DNA of 64,000 nucleotides from Clostridia bacterium (GTDB lineage Bacteria > Bacillota > Clostridia > TANB77 > CAG-508): the NCBI GenBank assembly GCA_045650705.1, contig JAZRRK010000037.1:12151-76150 (forward strand), given 5' to 3'. Shown piece by piece: positions 12,102 through 22,634 of this stretch (positions are counted from its first letter, which is position 1; each line of letters begins with the position of its first letter). Made by a program: the position numbers and the translations under genes. The notes under the pieces are model-generated. The model made no database searches and was not told where the DNA came from. It worked only from the letters and a program-made list of their open reading frames with translations.

Positions 12102-15100
12102 TTATGTTCCTGTGTATACATATTCTACTGTTGCTGAATCTATTATTATTTCTCCTTTTTCTGCGTCTTCTTTTATGAATTGTATTTCTATATGATAGAT
12201 TCCATCTTTTATAATATTTTCTTCTAATGTATACATATAATATTTTTCTTCTGATGCTGTAATAACTCTTGGTACAAATTCTACTGTTCTACTAGATAAA
12301 TATCCACTTGTATTATAAACAGAGTATCTTACCTTATCAATTTCTTCTAATTTATAGCTTTCTGTGAACCTTAAGTCTATTTGAGCTTCATCTTTTTCAT
12401 TTGTAAGTGCTACAATTTTTCCTATTGTGATTCCATATTCATTTGTTGATAATACTATGCAGTCTTTAGTTAGTTGTTTTATGTTTGTATTTTTATTTTC
12501 ATAATCTAACTCTACAGCTACTCTTAATGTATATTTTCTATTTAAATCTACATTCTCTATTGTAAATTTTTTATTAATCTCATCAATGCTGTATGTTCTA
12601 TTTTTTACTTCTTCTGGTGTAATATCATTTTGCTTATCATCTAGTATTGTAACTTTATAATTATTTCCTACAATCATGCAATCTTCATCATAAATTGTTA
12701 TTCTATATTCAATATTGCTTTTTTCTCCATTTAGTACTCTCTCTCCTCTAATTGCAATTACTGGTTCTTCTAGTTCTTCTAAATAAAACTCATGTGTTTT
12801 CTTTCCTAGTTCCAACTCTATCTCTTCTCCTGATACATTTGTAACATATGCAAGTGGAATTATTTCAATCTGATATTTTGCACCAAAATCAATTATACTT
12901 CCTGGATTTACTTCTAATGATTTTTGCATTTCTTCATTAAATATTCTGTCATCTGGTATTTCAATTGCTATTTCCTCATATTGTTGTGTTTCTTCATTGT
13001 ATTTTGTTAAACGATATTTAATCACATTATATCCCATTGTTCTACCTAACTTGTAATTTATGTTTATTGATTTATTTTCATAATCTTCTGGAACATATTC
13101 TACGTTTATGTCACTTATTCCTACATCTGTTAGTGTTGAAAAATAATACATTTTTCCTATTACTTCATAGTCAATATCATACAAATATTTTTCCTCTTCT
13201 ATATAATTTCCTGTTTCTTCATTATACGATTTTAAGATTACCCTTAATTGCATTCCGTAATATGTTTTTGGTGATAAGTTCTCTATTACTATTGCACTAC
13301 TAAAATCTGATAATTTTTTTTCTATTGTTTTTACTAGTACTGGATTAGCACCAGTCTCAGTAGTTTCAAATAAATCAATATAAATTTTATTATCTTTAAT
13401 CTCTGTTTTTCCATCTTTGATAATATTGGCTTGCATTGTAATTCTAGAAAGCTCTGATGTGATTCTTAAATTTCCATTTTCGTCTATCAAGCTTATTCCT
13501 GGTATTATCTCTTCAAATTTTATTATATTATCTCCTATATGAGTAAGTTCTGTTTCATATACTTCTTTTTGTAATATTGTTCCATATTCATATAACATTC
13601 CTTTTTCACTATATTGTAATGTAATGTTATTTTGATATTTACTATTTACTGCATTAATAATACTTATCTGATTTGGTGCTGTGTCTGGTTCACGATAATA
13701 TAAACTTCCCATTGTAGAAGTATTCTCTACAAAATTACCTTCATTATTTAATGTGTAATAGTATCCTGCTTCTGAACTTAAGCAAGCTTTCTGATAAATT
13801 ACATATTCTGATGTTGCGTCATATCCAACATGTCCACTATCATAGTAAGCCTTAACTAAAACTTCTGTTTCTTTGTTAAGTAAGTTTCCAATATCGTTAA
13901 AATTAACTGTTAAATTATTACTATTTGATAATGTTTTTAAATCTGATACGTATCTTGTACTTCCATCTGTTGCATTTAGTATTACTTGGAATGCTGCTAC
14001 TTTCTCAATGTTTGATATATTAAATGTACTTCCTGAACTATCTTGTATATTAATAACTATACGATTACTATCTAAAGATACTTTATATTTTAGGTTTGAA
14101 ATATCATTTTCTTGTTCAAAGTATTCTTGTATTAGTATATTTTCTTTTGATGTAGTATCTTTCATTACTGATTGTTCTACACTAATCTTTAAATCACCAC
14201 TATATAAGTTACTAAATGTTATTGTATTAAATTCTCCTTCTGCAGTTTCTTCTATTTCTTTTGCATCCACAATCTTATTGCCAATTACTGCAACCATTTC
14301 ATTATTAGTTAGAGCATTATCCACATCTTTTAATTGATATTTATATGTTCTTGTATTATTTGTAGAGCTTGATGGGTATAGTATAATTTGAGCCATTTCT
14401 TTCTCTGGTGATACTGTAACTGATTTTAAAACTACTTTTTCACCTTCAATATATGGTGGATAATATATATCATCAATTTCTCCATTACCATCTAAATCTA
14501 CTTCTATTTCATATGTAAAATAATATTTGTTACCCCTTGCTAATCCGTCTTCATCTATAATATCTTTAGCAGTTCCTTTTCCAACATTAAATGTTGCTAC
14601 TGGAATAATTCCATCTTCGCCTACTTCAATTTCGATAACTTCAACTTCTTTATTTGTTGTAGCATCTATCGCACGATATCTTACTTTCTTAGCATACCCC
14701 CCACTATTGTCATATTTTGCCTGTACACGATATCCTACTACTGTACTACTTTGTAATTCTTCAGATGGTGTATCACTATTATAATTTCTTATTGGCTCTA
14801 CGACTAGTGCATCATCTGGATCAGACGGCAAATCAGGCATATATCCATTTGTTTTAATAACAAACATAGATTGTATTATTGGTATCTCATTTTCATATTC
14901 TGTATAATCATACGCATTTGAGACTGTAATTGTATAGTATTCATCTCTGAAATCTTCGTTTTTTGCTCCAAAGAACGCTGGTGTAATTTCTATTGATTCA
15001 TCATAATAGTTAGCTTTTAATTCACTGACATATGGTTCTATATTAGTATCCACAACCTTTGTAGTTCTTCTTAGAGTTCCTTGTGGTACTTCTCCTTCTG

Positions 15101-17474
15101 GTGTCTGCCCTGAATAAATACTAAATACCATTCCTGTTAATGTTTGTGCTTCTAACTCTTCTCCTTCTTCATTTTCTGAAGACAACTGAAATTTTATGTT
15201 AAAAGTATTTTCTATATTTTCTGTTTCTTGTTCAAAATTTGCAACTAAATTTTCTGGTTCTTTTGTTTTAACAATTACACCACCAATATAGCATTTATCA
15301 ATTGGTTCATTTCCATCTTTTAAATCAACTGTTCCATAAACTGCAAATTTGTAAGTTTCATTTGCCCTTAAATTATTTACTGATACTGGTATGTTTAGTG
15401 ACCCTTGTGATGTAAAAGTTTCTGTTTTTCCTACTGAATCTGTATATGTTACATGTAAAATGCTATCATCTTCAAGTTGTATTGTATTATCGTTGTCTTC
15501 AATTACTATTGTACCTTCTATTCTTTCAAATGTTATTTTCTCTTCTTCAAAGCTTACTGTTGGGAATACTGCACCATCCATTCTCATTTGTGCACTATAT
15601 TCGCTTTCATATTCGCAGATTTTCTCATTATCATCGAAAATTGCAACAACCTTATATGTATAAGCCACATTTCTTATAATTGTTTCATCTATTGGAAGTT
15701 CTATTTCTGTTTTGTCTGATTCTACTACTTTTACTGGTGTTTCATTTAGCATTCTCATATCATAAATTTCATATCTATAGCTTGTAATACCAGAGTGTTC
15801 ATCTTCTACATTATTTATCTTTAAAGTAAATTTCCCATCCCTTTTATTTGTTTCATACTCTGTTCCACTAATTACTGGTCTATTTTTTAGTGTAGTGTGG
15901 TATTGTGATATATCAAATCCATTTACCAATATTTGACCATTGTATAATACATTTGTTAATCTTACTTCATATTTTGTGTTAGGATCTAAGTCTTTAAATT
16001 CTACGTTTACCTCACTACCTTTTATTATGCTCTCATTTATAACGTCTTGTGCTTGTAGTTCTTGTCCATCTTCTGTCAATATTTTAACCTCTGCTCTTGT
16101 AATTCCAGAGTTTTCTTCAAATTTTACTTTAAAGCTCATACTCTTGTTGGTAAATACGTCTTTTTCAAAACTTACACCTGTTATGTTCGTTCTGAATTGT
16201 TTGTATATAAAATTCTTTTGATATACTATATCTTCTACTTGATAAGCTGATTCTACTTGCATAATGTATTCTGTATCTGGCTCTAAACTTTGTACGTCTA
16301 ATTCTATTTCATATTCTCCTAAAGCATATTGTGTTTCATATACTGTTTTTCCTGTTGCTACTCTTATAATTTTTATGTTTGTATCACTTTTTAATAATGC
16401 TTCTTCATCTGTTATTTGTAAACCTGCTGTTACTCCAGTTGTAGTTACTTCAAATTTCGTTACTTTAATTTTTGGAGTTTTTATTGTTTCTTCATTGTTG
16501 TCTACTATGTTTGAATTATCTCCACTTCCATTTCCATTTATTTGTGGTAAGTTTTCTTCATTATTATTTTGTTGCTGATTGTTTTGATTTATTGTTTGTC
16601 CATTATTTTCTTGTTGTTCATTATTTTGATTTATTGTATCTCCATTATTAGTTTGAGTATTGTTACTTCCATTATTTTGTATTATAACTTCTTGTTCTTG
16701 ATTTTCTTCTTCATCTTCTTCACTAAGATCTACTATTGTTACATTGTCGTCCGAATCTATTACCATATTTTCCAAGCTCATTTGATTTTCATCATTTTTG
16801 CGAACAATTTTACTTGCTAAATTCATTTCTATACCATCTGGCAAATATAAAACAGTTTCTTGTCCAATAGTCTGATATGTTATCTCTTGATTATATATTT
16901 TAATTATTTCATTATCTAAATATTCAAACTCTAGATATCCATTAATTGTCTTTTCTGTTCCATCTTCAAATGATATTGTTATATCCTTTCCTGCAATTAG
17001 ATATTTATTTGTATCAATCTTCCATAATGGATATGAAAAGCTTAATTGTTTATTTAGATTTTGAATTGTATATTTATCTCCAGATTTTGTTAAAGTTTTA
17101 TTAGCCAGAATATTATAGTAGAAAATCGGGTCACTTTCTATCTCAGTCAAATCTACCAGTACGCCATTTTTAAATGCACTAATTGAGCCATCTGTATAAT
17201 GAATAAAATTATTTTTGTTTGATATTACTTTTTCTCCATTTGTGTCTTCAAATGTTATTTGTTCATTATAGTTTTCTTTATACTTTTGCTCTCCGCTAAA
17301 GTAATATCTTTCTACATCATTTTCATTATCCAATTTACTTTGTAATATATATCCCGAATCCGTAAATGTTTTATATATTTTCTGCTCAACTTTCATTGCA
17401 TTATAAACTAAAATACTAGATAATACTAATCCTATTAATAAGATAATTAAAATATATTTTTTCATATGCTTCAT
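12102..17474 (-). CDS. Giant (1790 aa) N-terminally anchored surface protein made of many FN3/Ig-like repeats.
   Basis: TM helix YILIILLIGLVLSSILVY, a juxtamembrane region, an acidic then N/Q-rich linker, then more than 10 units of ~95 aa with LEPDTEY, LDPNTKYEV, LRANETYKF and LSPKTYYGM motifs. There is no LPXTG or other C-terminal anchor. Confidence 0.8.
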   Translation of the reverse strand: MKHMKKYILIILLIGLVLSSILVYNAMKVEQKIYKTFTDSGYILQSKLDNENDVERYYFSGEQKYKENYNEQITFEDTNGEKVISNKNNFIHYTDGSISAFKNGVLVDLTEIESDPIFYYNILANKTLTKSGDKYTIQNLNKQLSFSYPLWKIDTNKYLIAGKDITISFEDGTEKTINGYLEFEYLDNEIIKIYNQEITYQTIGQETVLYLPDGIEMNLASKIVRKNDENQMSLENMVIDSDDNVTIVDLSEEDEEENQEQEVIIQNNGSNNTQTNNGDTINQNNEQQENNGQTINQNNQQQNNNEENLPQINGNGSGDNSNIVDNNEETIKTPKIKVTKFEVTTTGVTAGLQITDEEALLKSDTNIKIIRVATGKTVYETQYALGEYEIELDVQSLEPDTEYIMQVESAYQVEDIVYQKNFIYKQFRTNITGVSFEKDVFTNKSMSFKVKFEENSGITRAEVKILTEDGQELQAQDVINESIIKGSEVNVEFKDLDPNTKYEVRLTNVLYNGQILVNGFDISQYHTTLKNRPVISGTEYETNKRDGKFTLKINNVEDEHSGITSYRYEIYDMRMLNETPVKVVESDKTEIELPIDETIIRNVAYTYKVVAIFDDNEKICEYESEYSAQMRMDGAVFPTVSFEEEKITFERIEGTIVIEDNDNTIQLEDDSILHVTYTDSVGKTETFTSQGSLNIPVSVNNLRANETYKFAVYGTVDLKDGNEPIDKCYIGGVIVKTKEPENLVANFEQETENIENTFNIKFQLSSENEEGEELEAQTLTGMVFSIYSGQTPEGEVPQGTLRRTTKVVDTNIEPYVSELKANYYDESIEITPAFFGAKNEDFRDEYYTITVSNAYDYTEYENEIPIIQSMFVIKTNGYMPDLPSDPDDALVVEPIRNYNSDTPSEELQSSTVVGYRVQAKYDNSGGYAKKVRYRAIDATTNKEVEVIEIEVGEDGIIPVATFNVGKGTAKDIIDEDGLARGNKYYFTYEIEVDLDGNGEIDDIYYPPYIEGEKVVLKSVTVSPEKEMAQIILYPSSSTNNTRTYKYQLKDVDNALTNNEMVAVIGNKIVDAKEIEETAEGEFNTITFSNLYSGDLKISVEQSVMKDTTSKENILIQEYFEQENDISNLKYKVSLDSNRIVINIQDSSGSTFNISNIEKVAAFQVILNATDGSTRYVSDLKTLSNSNNLTVNFNDIGNLLNKETEVLVKAYYDSGHVGYDATSEYVIYQKACLSSEAGYYYTLNNEGNFVENTSTMGSLYYREPDTAPNQISIINAVNSKYQNNITLQYSEKGMLYEYGTILQKEVYETELTHIGDNIIKFEEIIPGISLIDENGNLRITSELSRITMQANIIKDGKTEIKDNKIYIDLFETTETGANPVLVKTIEKKLSDFSSAIVIENLSPKTYYGMQLRVILKSYNEETGNYIEEEKYLYDIDYEVIGKMYYFSTLTDVGISDINVEYVPEDYENKSININYKLGRTMGYNVIKYRLTKYNEETQQYEEIAIEIPDDRIFNEEMQKSLEVNPGSIIDFGAKYQIEIIPLAYVTNVSGEEIELELGKKTHEFYLEELEEPVIAIRGERVLNGEKSNIEYRITIYDEDCMIVGNNYKVTILDDKQNDITPEEVKNRTYSIDEINKKFTIENVDLNRKYTLRVAVELDYENKNTNIKQLTKDCIVLSTNEYGITIGKIVALTNEKDEAQIDLRFTESYKLEEIDKVRYSVYNTSGYLSSRTVEFVPRVITASEEKYYMYTLEENIIKDGIYHIEIQFIKEDAEKGEIIIDSATVEYVYTGT
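16500..16690 (-). repeat. Tandem degenerate repeats encoding the N/Q-rich linker (NNGDTINQNNEQQENNGQTINQNNQQQNNN).
   Basis: ttgatttattgt.t.tccattatt units are repeated at the DNA level. Confidence 0.55.
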
Positions 17475-17525
17475 CCTTTTTTATGATTATTATATTTTTT
17501 ATACTTGTTTTTTTCCTTCAATTTT

Positions 17526-17555
17526 ATTATAATGTCGTTTTAATTATTATGTCAA
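17526..17555 (-). promoter_or_regulatory. SigA-type promoter of the giant-protein/ATPase operon.
   Basis: The minus strand reads TTGACA (17555-17550), an 18-nt spacer, then TATAAT (17531-17526). It lies about 50 nt upstream of the first ATG at 17474. Confidence 0.6.
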
Positions 17556-17907
17556 CATTTTTTTGACTTATTTTCCTTTCACTTTCTGGTACTTTTGGTG
17601 CATATTTCCTTCTCTATATTACAGTTCTTGTTTTAATTATGTAATATATTAACATAATTAAAAGAGTTAGGGCTTTGTTTTAATTTTTAAATTATTAATA
17701 TATGCCCCTTCACTCTAATATGTTAATTCTATTTATATTCTTCTGTAAACCGATTATGTCTACAGTTCCAACGCTTTCAGCATTTTCTGTTTTTTTATTA
17801 TACTATATATCATCTCTCTTTTCAAGCATTTTTTTACCTTTTTCTACAATATCTTTTCTTTCTTTATCCTTTTCGTCAGAGCTTTATTTTATTGTGTTTT
17901 TCATATA

Positions 17908-18189
17908 TTATAGATTTTCTTTTTCTCCGTTTTTTATATATTCTTTTTCATATTTTAATTTTGTTGCCATTCCTCCTCTTATATGTCTTTCTGCTTTGTT
18001 CTCGTCTAGAACCTGCCTTACTTCTATTGCTAATGCTTGGTTTATATGTATTAATCTTTCACTTACATCTTTATGTACTGTACTTTTAGAAACTCCAAAT
18101 TTTTTAGCTGCTCCTCTTACTGTGTCTTTTGAATCTATAATATAATGCGCTAAATTTACTGCTCTTTCTTCTATTGATATTCCTCTCAT
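17908..18189 (-). CDS. spoIIID: Sporulation transcription regulator SpoIIID.
   Basis: 93 aa. ..TVRGAAKKFGVSKSTVHKDVSERL.. and ..AERHIRGGMATKLKYEKE closely match the SpoIIID HTH and C-terminal basic region. Confidence 0.9.
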   Translation of the reverse strand: MRGISIEERAVNLAHYIIDSKDTVRGAAKKFGVSKSTVHKDVSERLIHINQALAIEVRQVLDENKAERHIRGGMATKLKYEKEYIKNGEKENL

Positions 18190-18253
18190 TTTAAAACCCC
18201 CATACGAATACTTTTTGTTTAAGTGTATTCGTATTAGGGTTGGATTATGATAT

Positions 18254-19100
18254 CTAAATCATATCCATATATTTTTTTGTCTCCTTATATCCTAATTCAT
18301 ATAAGTAGTCTATTTTTGTATAATCTAATAACTGAACATCTTTGGTTTTTAAGCTTAATATGCAATCTGCTCCTTCCATTTCATAGTTAGATAACTCTTG
18401 GCATAAAATTTGCATTGAATTTTCTACTACTTCTATAATATTTTTTTCTTTTTTATTGCTTCGTTCTTTTTGAAATTTTATGCATAATACTTTGTCTGCT
18501 CCATTTTCTTTTGCTACTTTCCACGGAACATTTTCCCTTATTCCACCATCGATTAACTTTGTGTTTTTGTAGTCGCAAGGAGAAAATAGACCTGGATAGC
18601 TACAACTCGCCCTTACTGCCTTTCCTATATTAATATTATTTTCGTATATAATTTCATCTGAATATGTATTACGTTTATTCACTGAAGAGAAAATATATAA
18701 CGCTCCTGTATGTAAATCCACACTAGGAATTAATAATGTTTTTTTTATTTGATTTATATTATATATACCTTTTTTATGTGCTGCTTCATTAATTATTTCC
18801 TCTATTATCTCCCCACTGTTTAACCCATCAATAATAAGTGTTCTTTTTATAATTATTCCAAATATTGCTTTTACTATATTTTTTACATCTATGTATTTTA
18901 TTTTCTTACAATATTTTTTAAAAAGTTCTAAAATTTCATCTGAGTTATATCCGCATTGTATTTAAGCTGGCCACAATACTTCCAGAAGATGTTCCAGATA
19001 TTATGTCATATTCTATATTCTTTTCTTCAAGTGCTTTTAAAGCTCCTATATGAGCAGCACCTTTGACTCCTCCACCTGCTAAACAAATTGCTAATTTCAT
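18254..19100 (-). pseudogene. Patatin-like phospholipase gene with a frameshift.
   Basis: ATG at 19100 gives MKLAICLAGGGVKGAAHIGALKALEEKNIEYDIISGTSSGSIVASLNTMRI-stop, with the oxyanion GGGxxG and GxSxG motifs. A second frame continues QCGYNSDEILELFKKYCKK..LLIPSVDLHTGALYIF into the 155-aa ORF 18254..18721, which carries the DGG catalytic Asp motif (LIDGGIRENVP). The frames break near 18955-18970. Confidence 0.75.
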
Positions 19101-19212
19101 AAAATCACCTAAACTATTGTATTCTTTTCTAGTATTTTTTGTGTAATTATTTAAATAGTATAATTCTCTATTTCTGGTAAATAATATATTTATAATATTA
19201 TTGGAGGTTTTT

Positions 19213-19647
19213 ATGGATAATCAAAATTTAAATATTTTAGATGAAGTTAATAAAGGAGCTACTATGGGAATGGATGCTCTATCATTTGTTTCTGAAAAGG
19301 TGGATGACCATAAATTTAAAGAGGTTTTAAGCACTGAATATAACAAATATAAAGATATCTCAAGACGAGTTAATGAATTATATACTAATTATAGCACTAA
19401 AGAGCCTCATGAAACTAATGCTATGAATAAAGTAATGACTTGGTATGGTATACAAATTAGAACAATTAAAGATAGTACTACATCAAAATTATCTGAATTA
19501 TTAATGCAAGGAACTAATATGGGGATTATTGAAGGAAGACGTCTTCTGAATCAAAATCCAAATGCTGCAAATGATGTGCATTCTATACTAAACGATTTCG
19601 TTACTATGCAAGAAGATAGTGTCGAAACTTTAAAAAAATATCTATAA
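19213..19647 (+). CDS. Small helical (four-helix-bundle-like) protein, unknown function.
   Basis: ATG at 19213 lies 6 nt after GGAGG. The ORF-track start at 19201 is TTG inside the RBS. One of the few plus-strand genes. Confidence 0.6.
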   Translation: MDNQNLNILDEVNKGATMGMDALSFVSEKVDDHKFKEVLSTEYNKYKDISRRVNELYTNYSTKEPHETNAMNKVMTWYGIQIRTIKDSTTSKLSELLMQGTNMGIIEGRRLLNQNPNAANDVHSILNDFVTMQEDSVETLKKYL

Positions 19648-19681
19648 ATTTTAAAAATGATTTTGAGATAAATTCTCAAAA

Positions 19682-20314
19682 TCATTTTTTCTTTACATTA
19701 TTACAATATTCTTTTATAGGGCATTCTAAACACTTTGGTTTTCTTGAATCACATATTTTTCTTCCATGCCATACTAATAAATGGTTTACATCTTTGTAAT
19801 ATTTCTTCGGAATAATCTTTAAAACATCTTGTTCAATTTTTGTTGGCTCACTATTTTTAGACATCCCTAATCTATTTAAAATTCTTTTGGCATGGGTATC
19901 TATAGCGATTCCTTGTGGATTATTAAATGCCTCTAACATTATTACATTTGCACTCTTTCTACCTACTCCTGGTAGTTTGGTTAGTTCTTCCATTGTTTGA
20001 GGAACATTTCCATTATATTTTTCTAATATTTCCTTTGCCATTAATTTAATATTTTTTGCTTTGTTTTTATAAAATCCACATGGATATATTATCTTTTCTA
20101 AATCTTCTAATTCTATACTACATATTGATTCTGGGGTAGAATATTTCTCAAACAATTTAGGAGTTACTTTATTTACTCTTTCATCTGTACATTGTGCTGA
20201 TAACATAACTGCTATTACAAGCTCAAATGGAGTTTTAAAGTCTAAACTGCATGTTGCTTCTGGATAATATTGTTTTAATTTTTCTATTATTTCTACTACT
20301 TCTTCTTTTTTCAA
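19682..20314 (-). CDS. nth: Endonuclease III.
   Basis: HhH-GPD motif LPGVGRKSANVIM and a C-terminal 4Fe-4S cysteine cluster CDSRKPKCLECPIKEYC. Confidence 0.92.
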   Translation of the reverse strand: MKKEEVVEIIEKLKQYYPEATCSLDFKTPFELVIAVMLSAQCTDERVNKVTPKLFEKYSTPESICSIELEDLEKIIYPCGFYKNKAKNIKLMAKEILEKYNGNVPQTMEELTKLPGVGRKSANVIMLEAFNNPQGIAIDTHAKRILNRLGMSKNSEPTKIEQDVLKIIPKKYYKDVNHLLVWHGRKICDSRKPKCLECPIKEYCNNVKKK

Positions 20315-20335
20315 TTTTTCATCTTTTCCTTTTTT

Positions 20336-21301
20336 CTATTTGAATAATTGTATCATATAAAATACATATGTTAATGCTAACACTCCTGCTTTATATCTTG
20401 TTATAGTATCTTTTTTACCTACAAAACATGATATCCATATAAATAATATCACTCCTGCTAGTAAAATTAGATTATCAATAAACTCTTTAGAAAATGCTAA
20501 TGGAGTTATCATTGCTCCTACTCCTAGTATTAAGAAAGAATTTAATATACATGATCCAATTAAATTTCCTACTGCTAAACCACCTTCTTGCTTTACGACA
20601 GCAATTACTGATGTAATAAATTCTGGTAAAGCGGTTCCTATTGCAACAATTGTCAATCCTATAACTCTTTCACTGATTCCAAAAATCATGGCTAATTGGC
20701 TAGCTTCATCAACAACTAAATCTCCACCAACTTTCAATAATACAACCCCTATAATTATATATAGTATTGAAAGTAGAATTTTATTTTTAGGTTTAATATG
20801 ATTTTTTTTATTTTCTCTCCCGGATTTCCAAATATCTTTAATTTCTATAAAAATTGGATATAAAAAATAAAGAAAATAAAGAATTACTAATACTCTTCCG
20901 TCAAATTTATTAATAATTCCTGGCTCACTACCATATAATCCTATTCCCATAATTAAAATAGCAAGTGTTGATATATATGCAACTGGTAAGTGAATTATTT
21001 TAACATCTTTTTCTAATTTTATAGGTCGTAACATTGCTGTTATACTTAAAATAAATAATAAATTACATAAATTACTACCTATTGCATTACCTATTATTAA
21101 ATCTGATGCACCTTTATGAGCAGAACTAATTGTTATCATCAACTCTGGCATAGATGTTCCAAGTGCTACAATTGTTAACCCGATTATCATCTCTGGTATA
21201 TTAAATCGTTTTGCAATATTGCTTGAACCCCTAACTAATAAATCTGCACCAATAATCAAGCAAATAAATCCTACACATATTAATATAATTGCTTGAATCA
21301 C
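20336..21301 (-). CDS. CaCA-family sodium/calcium antiporter (YrbG-like).
   Basis: 321 aa, polytopic, with two alpha-repeats GTSMPE and GTALPE. GTG start. Confidence 0.85.
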   Translation of the reverse strand: MIQAIILICVGFICLIIGADLLVRGSSNIAKRFNIPEMIIGLTIVALGTSMPELMITISSAHKGASDLIIGNAIGSNLCNLLFILSITAMLRPIKLEKDVKIIHLPVAYISTLAILIMGIGLYGSEPGIINKFDGRVLVILYFLYFLYPIFIEIKDIWKSGRENKKNHIKPKNKILLSILYIIIGVVLLKVGGDLVVDEASQLAMIFGISERVIGLTIVAIGTALPEFITSVIAVVKQEGGLAVGNLIGSCILNSFLILGVGAMITPLAFSKEFIDNLILLAGVILFIWISCFVGKKDTITRYKAGVLALTYVFYMIQLFK

Positions 21302-21530
21302 TTAGTTTCCTCCTTTGCTATTATTCTGTATTAGTATACCACAAAACACAGAATAATACAAAATATATTTCTTTTTTATATTTTATTATATGATTATAAT
21401 TAAAATATTTTTATTGGAGGTTTTACGTAGAATATTCTATAATTGTTATAATAAAGCCATTTTCAAAATATTTAAAGTCTAATATGTAATTTATCCACAA
21501 TATATTGTGCATATTGTGGATGTTTTTTTA

Positions 21531-22265
21531 TCATTTTCCAATAAACATTTGAACATATATTTTTCCATATTTTGGGCTATTAACTACTGCTAATCCTGTG
21601 TAATTATAATTATTACTTAAAATATTTGCCTTATGCCCCTCAGAGTTCATCCATGCCTTTACTGCTCCACTATTACTAGAATTTCCTGCAATATTTTCTC
21701 CAGCAGCTTTATATGTTATTCCAAAGCTCTTCATCATGTCAAAAGGAGAACCATATGTTGGAGAGTTGTGTGAAAAATAATTATTATCAACCATGTCCTG
21801 TGCTTTTGCTCTAGCAACATTTTGTAATTCTGCATCTATTTTTAGGGCTGATAATCCTGCAGAAGTTCTCTGTGCATTTATTAAATCGAAAGTCTCTTGT
21901 TCATCAGCAGTTAGTCCATTGCTATTTGTTTGTCCTGTTGTGTTATTCTCTGTTGTTGTTTCAGATTTTGTTGGATAAATTAATCTTACATATGATTTAC
22001 TTACCATACCAATATAATCTTTATCTGTCTGTATTACATACCAATCTCCAATTTGAGCAAATATTCTTACATATTCATTCTTATATACCATTGTTACTAC
22101 TTTATAATTTGTACCTGGTCCTTGTCTAACATTTAGTCCAGATGCTGTTACTATACCAGTTGTTGTTCCAACTGTTTGATAATGTGTCATTGCAGTTGAT
22201 ATATTTGATGTGAATAATATCATAATAAGTAAAACTAAAGAAATTATAAGTTTTTTAATTTTCAA
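21531..22265 (-). CDS. Secreted SH3b plus CAP/SCP (YkwD-like) domain protein.
   Basis: Signal peptide, an SH3_3-like segment GLNVRQGPGTNYKVV..GDWYVIQ, and a C-terminal CAP domain (FSHNSPTYGSP..GENIA..WMNSEGHKANIL). Confidence 0.8.
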   Translation of the reverse strand: MKIKKLIISLVLLIMILFTSNISTAMTHYQTVGTTTGIVTASGLNVRQGPGTNYKVVTMVYKNEYVRIFAQIGDWYVIQTDKDYIGMVSKSYVRLIYPTKSETTTENNTTGQTNSNGLTADEQETFDLINAQRTSAGLSALKIDAELQNVARAKAQDMVDNNYFSHNSPTYGSPFDMMKSFGITYKAAGENIAGNSSNSGAVKAWMNSEGHKANILSNNYNYTGLAVVNSPKYGKIYVQMFIGK

Positions 22266-22311
22266 AATAAATCATCTCCTTAATTTTATTATGATATTTT
22301 TTTTTAATTTT

Positions 22312-22353
22312 ATACAAAAAAAATATCAGCTCGAAATTTTCATTCGAGCTGAT
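22312..22353 (-). terminator. Rho-independent terminator.
   Basis: Stem atcagctcgaa/ttcgagctgat followed by a U-run on the minus strand. Confidence 0.7.
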
Positions 22354-22362
22354 TTAAAAGGT

Positions 22363-22557
22363 TTAGAAAAGTAACAACAGACCTATGAGGACACATCCTC
22401 CATTGATAAATATTACTTTTTCTATCTCCGTTCTGTCTTTGCGGAGTCCTAAAATCTTATATACATTATATCCTATAAATGTTATAAGCATTATACTCCG
22501 CCAGGTCTTATTAACTATTGCAATAATCACCATGATTACTAATAATATAGACCACAT
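22363..22557 (-). CDS. Small two-TM membrane protein, unknown function.
   Basis: 64-aa hydrophobic ORF followed by a terminator. No other support. Confidence 0.4.
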   Translation of the reverse strand: MWSILLVIMVIIAIVNKTWRSIMLITFIGYNVYKILGLRKDRTEIEKVIFINGGCVLIGLLLLF

Positions 22558-22634
22558 GTTGTCTCTCCTTTCTTTAAATTACCTGAACGGCTATTGTATG
22601 TATATTATACCATATCTAGGCTATTTTTACAATT

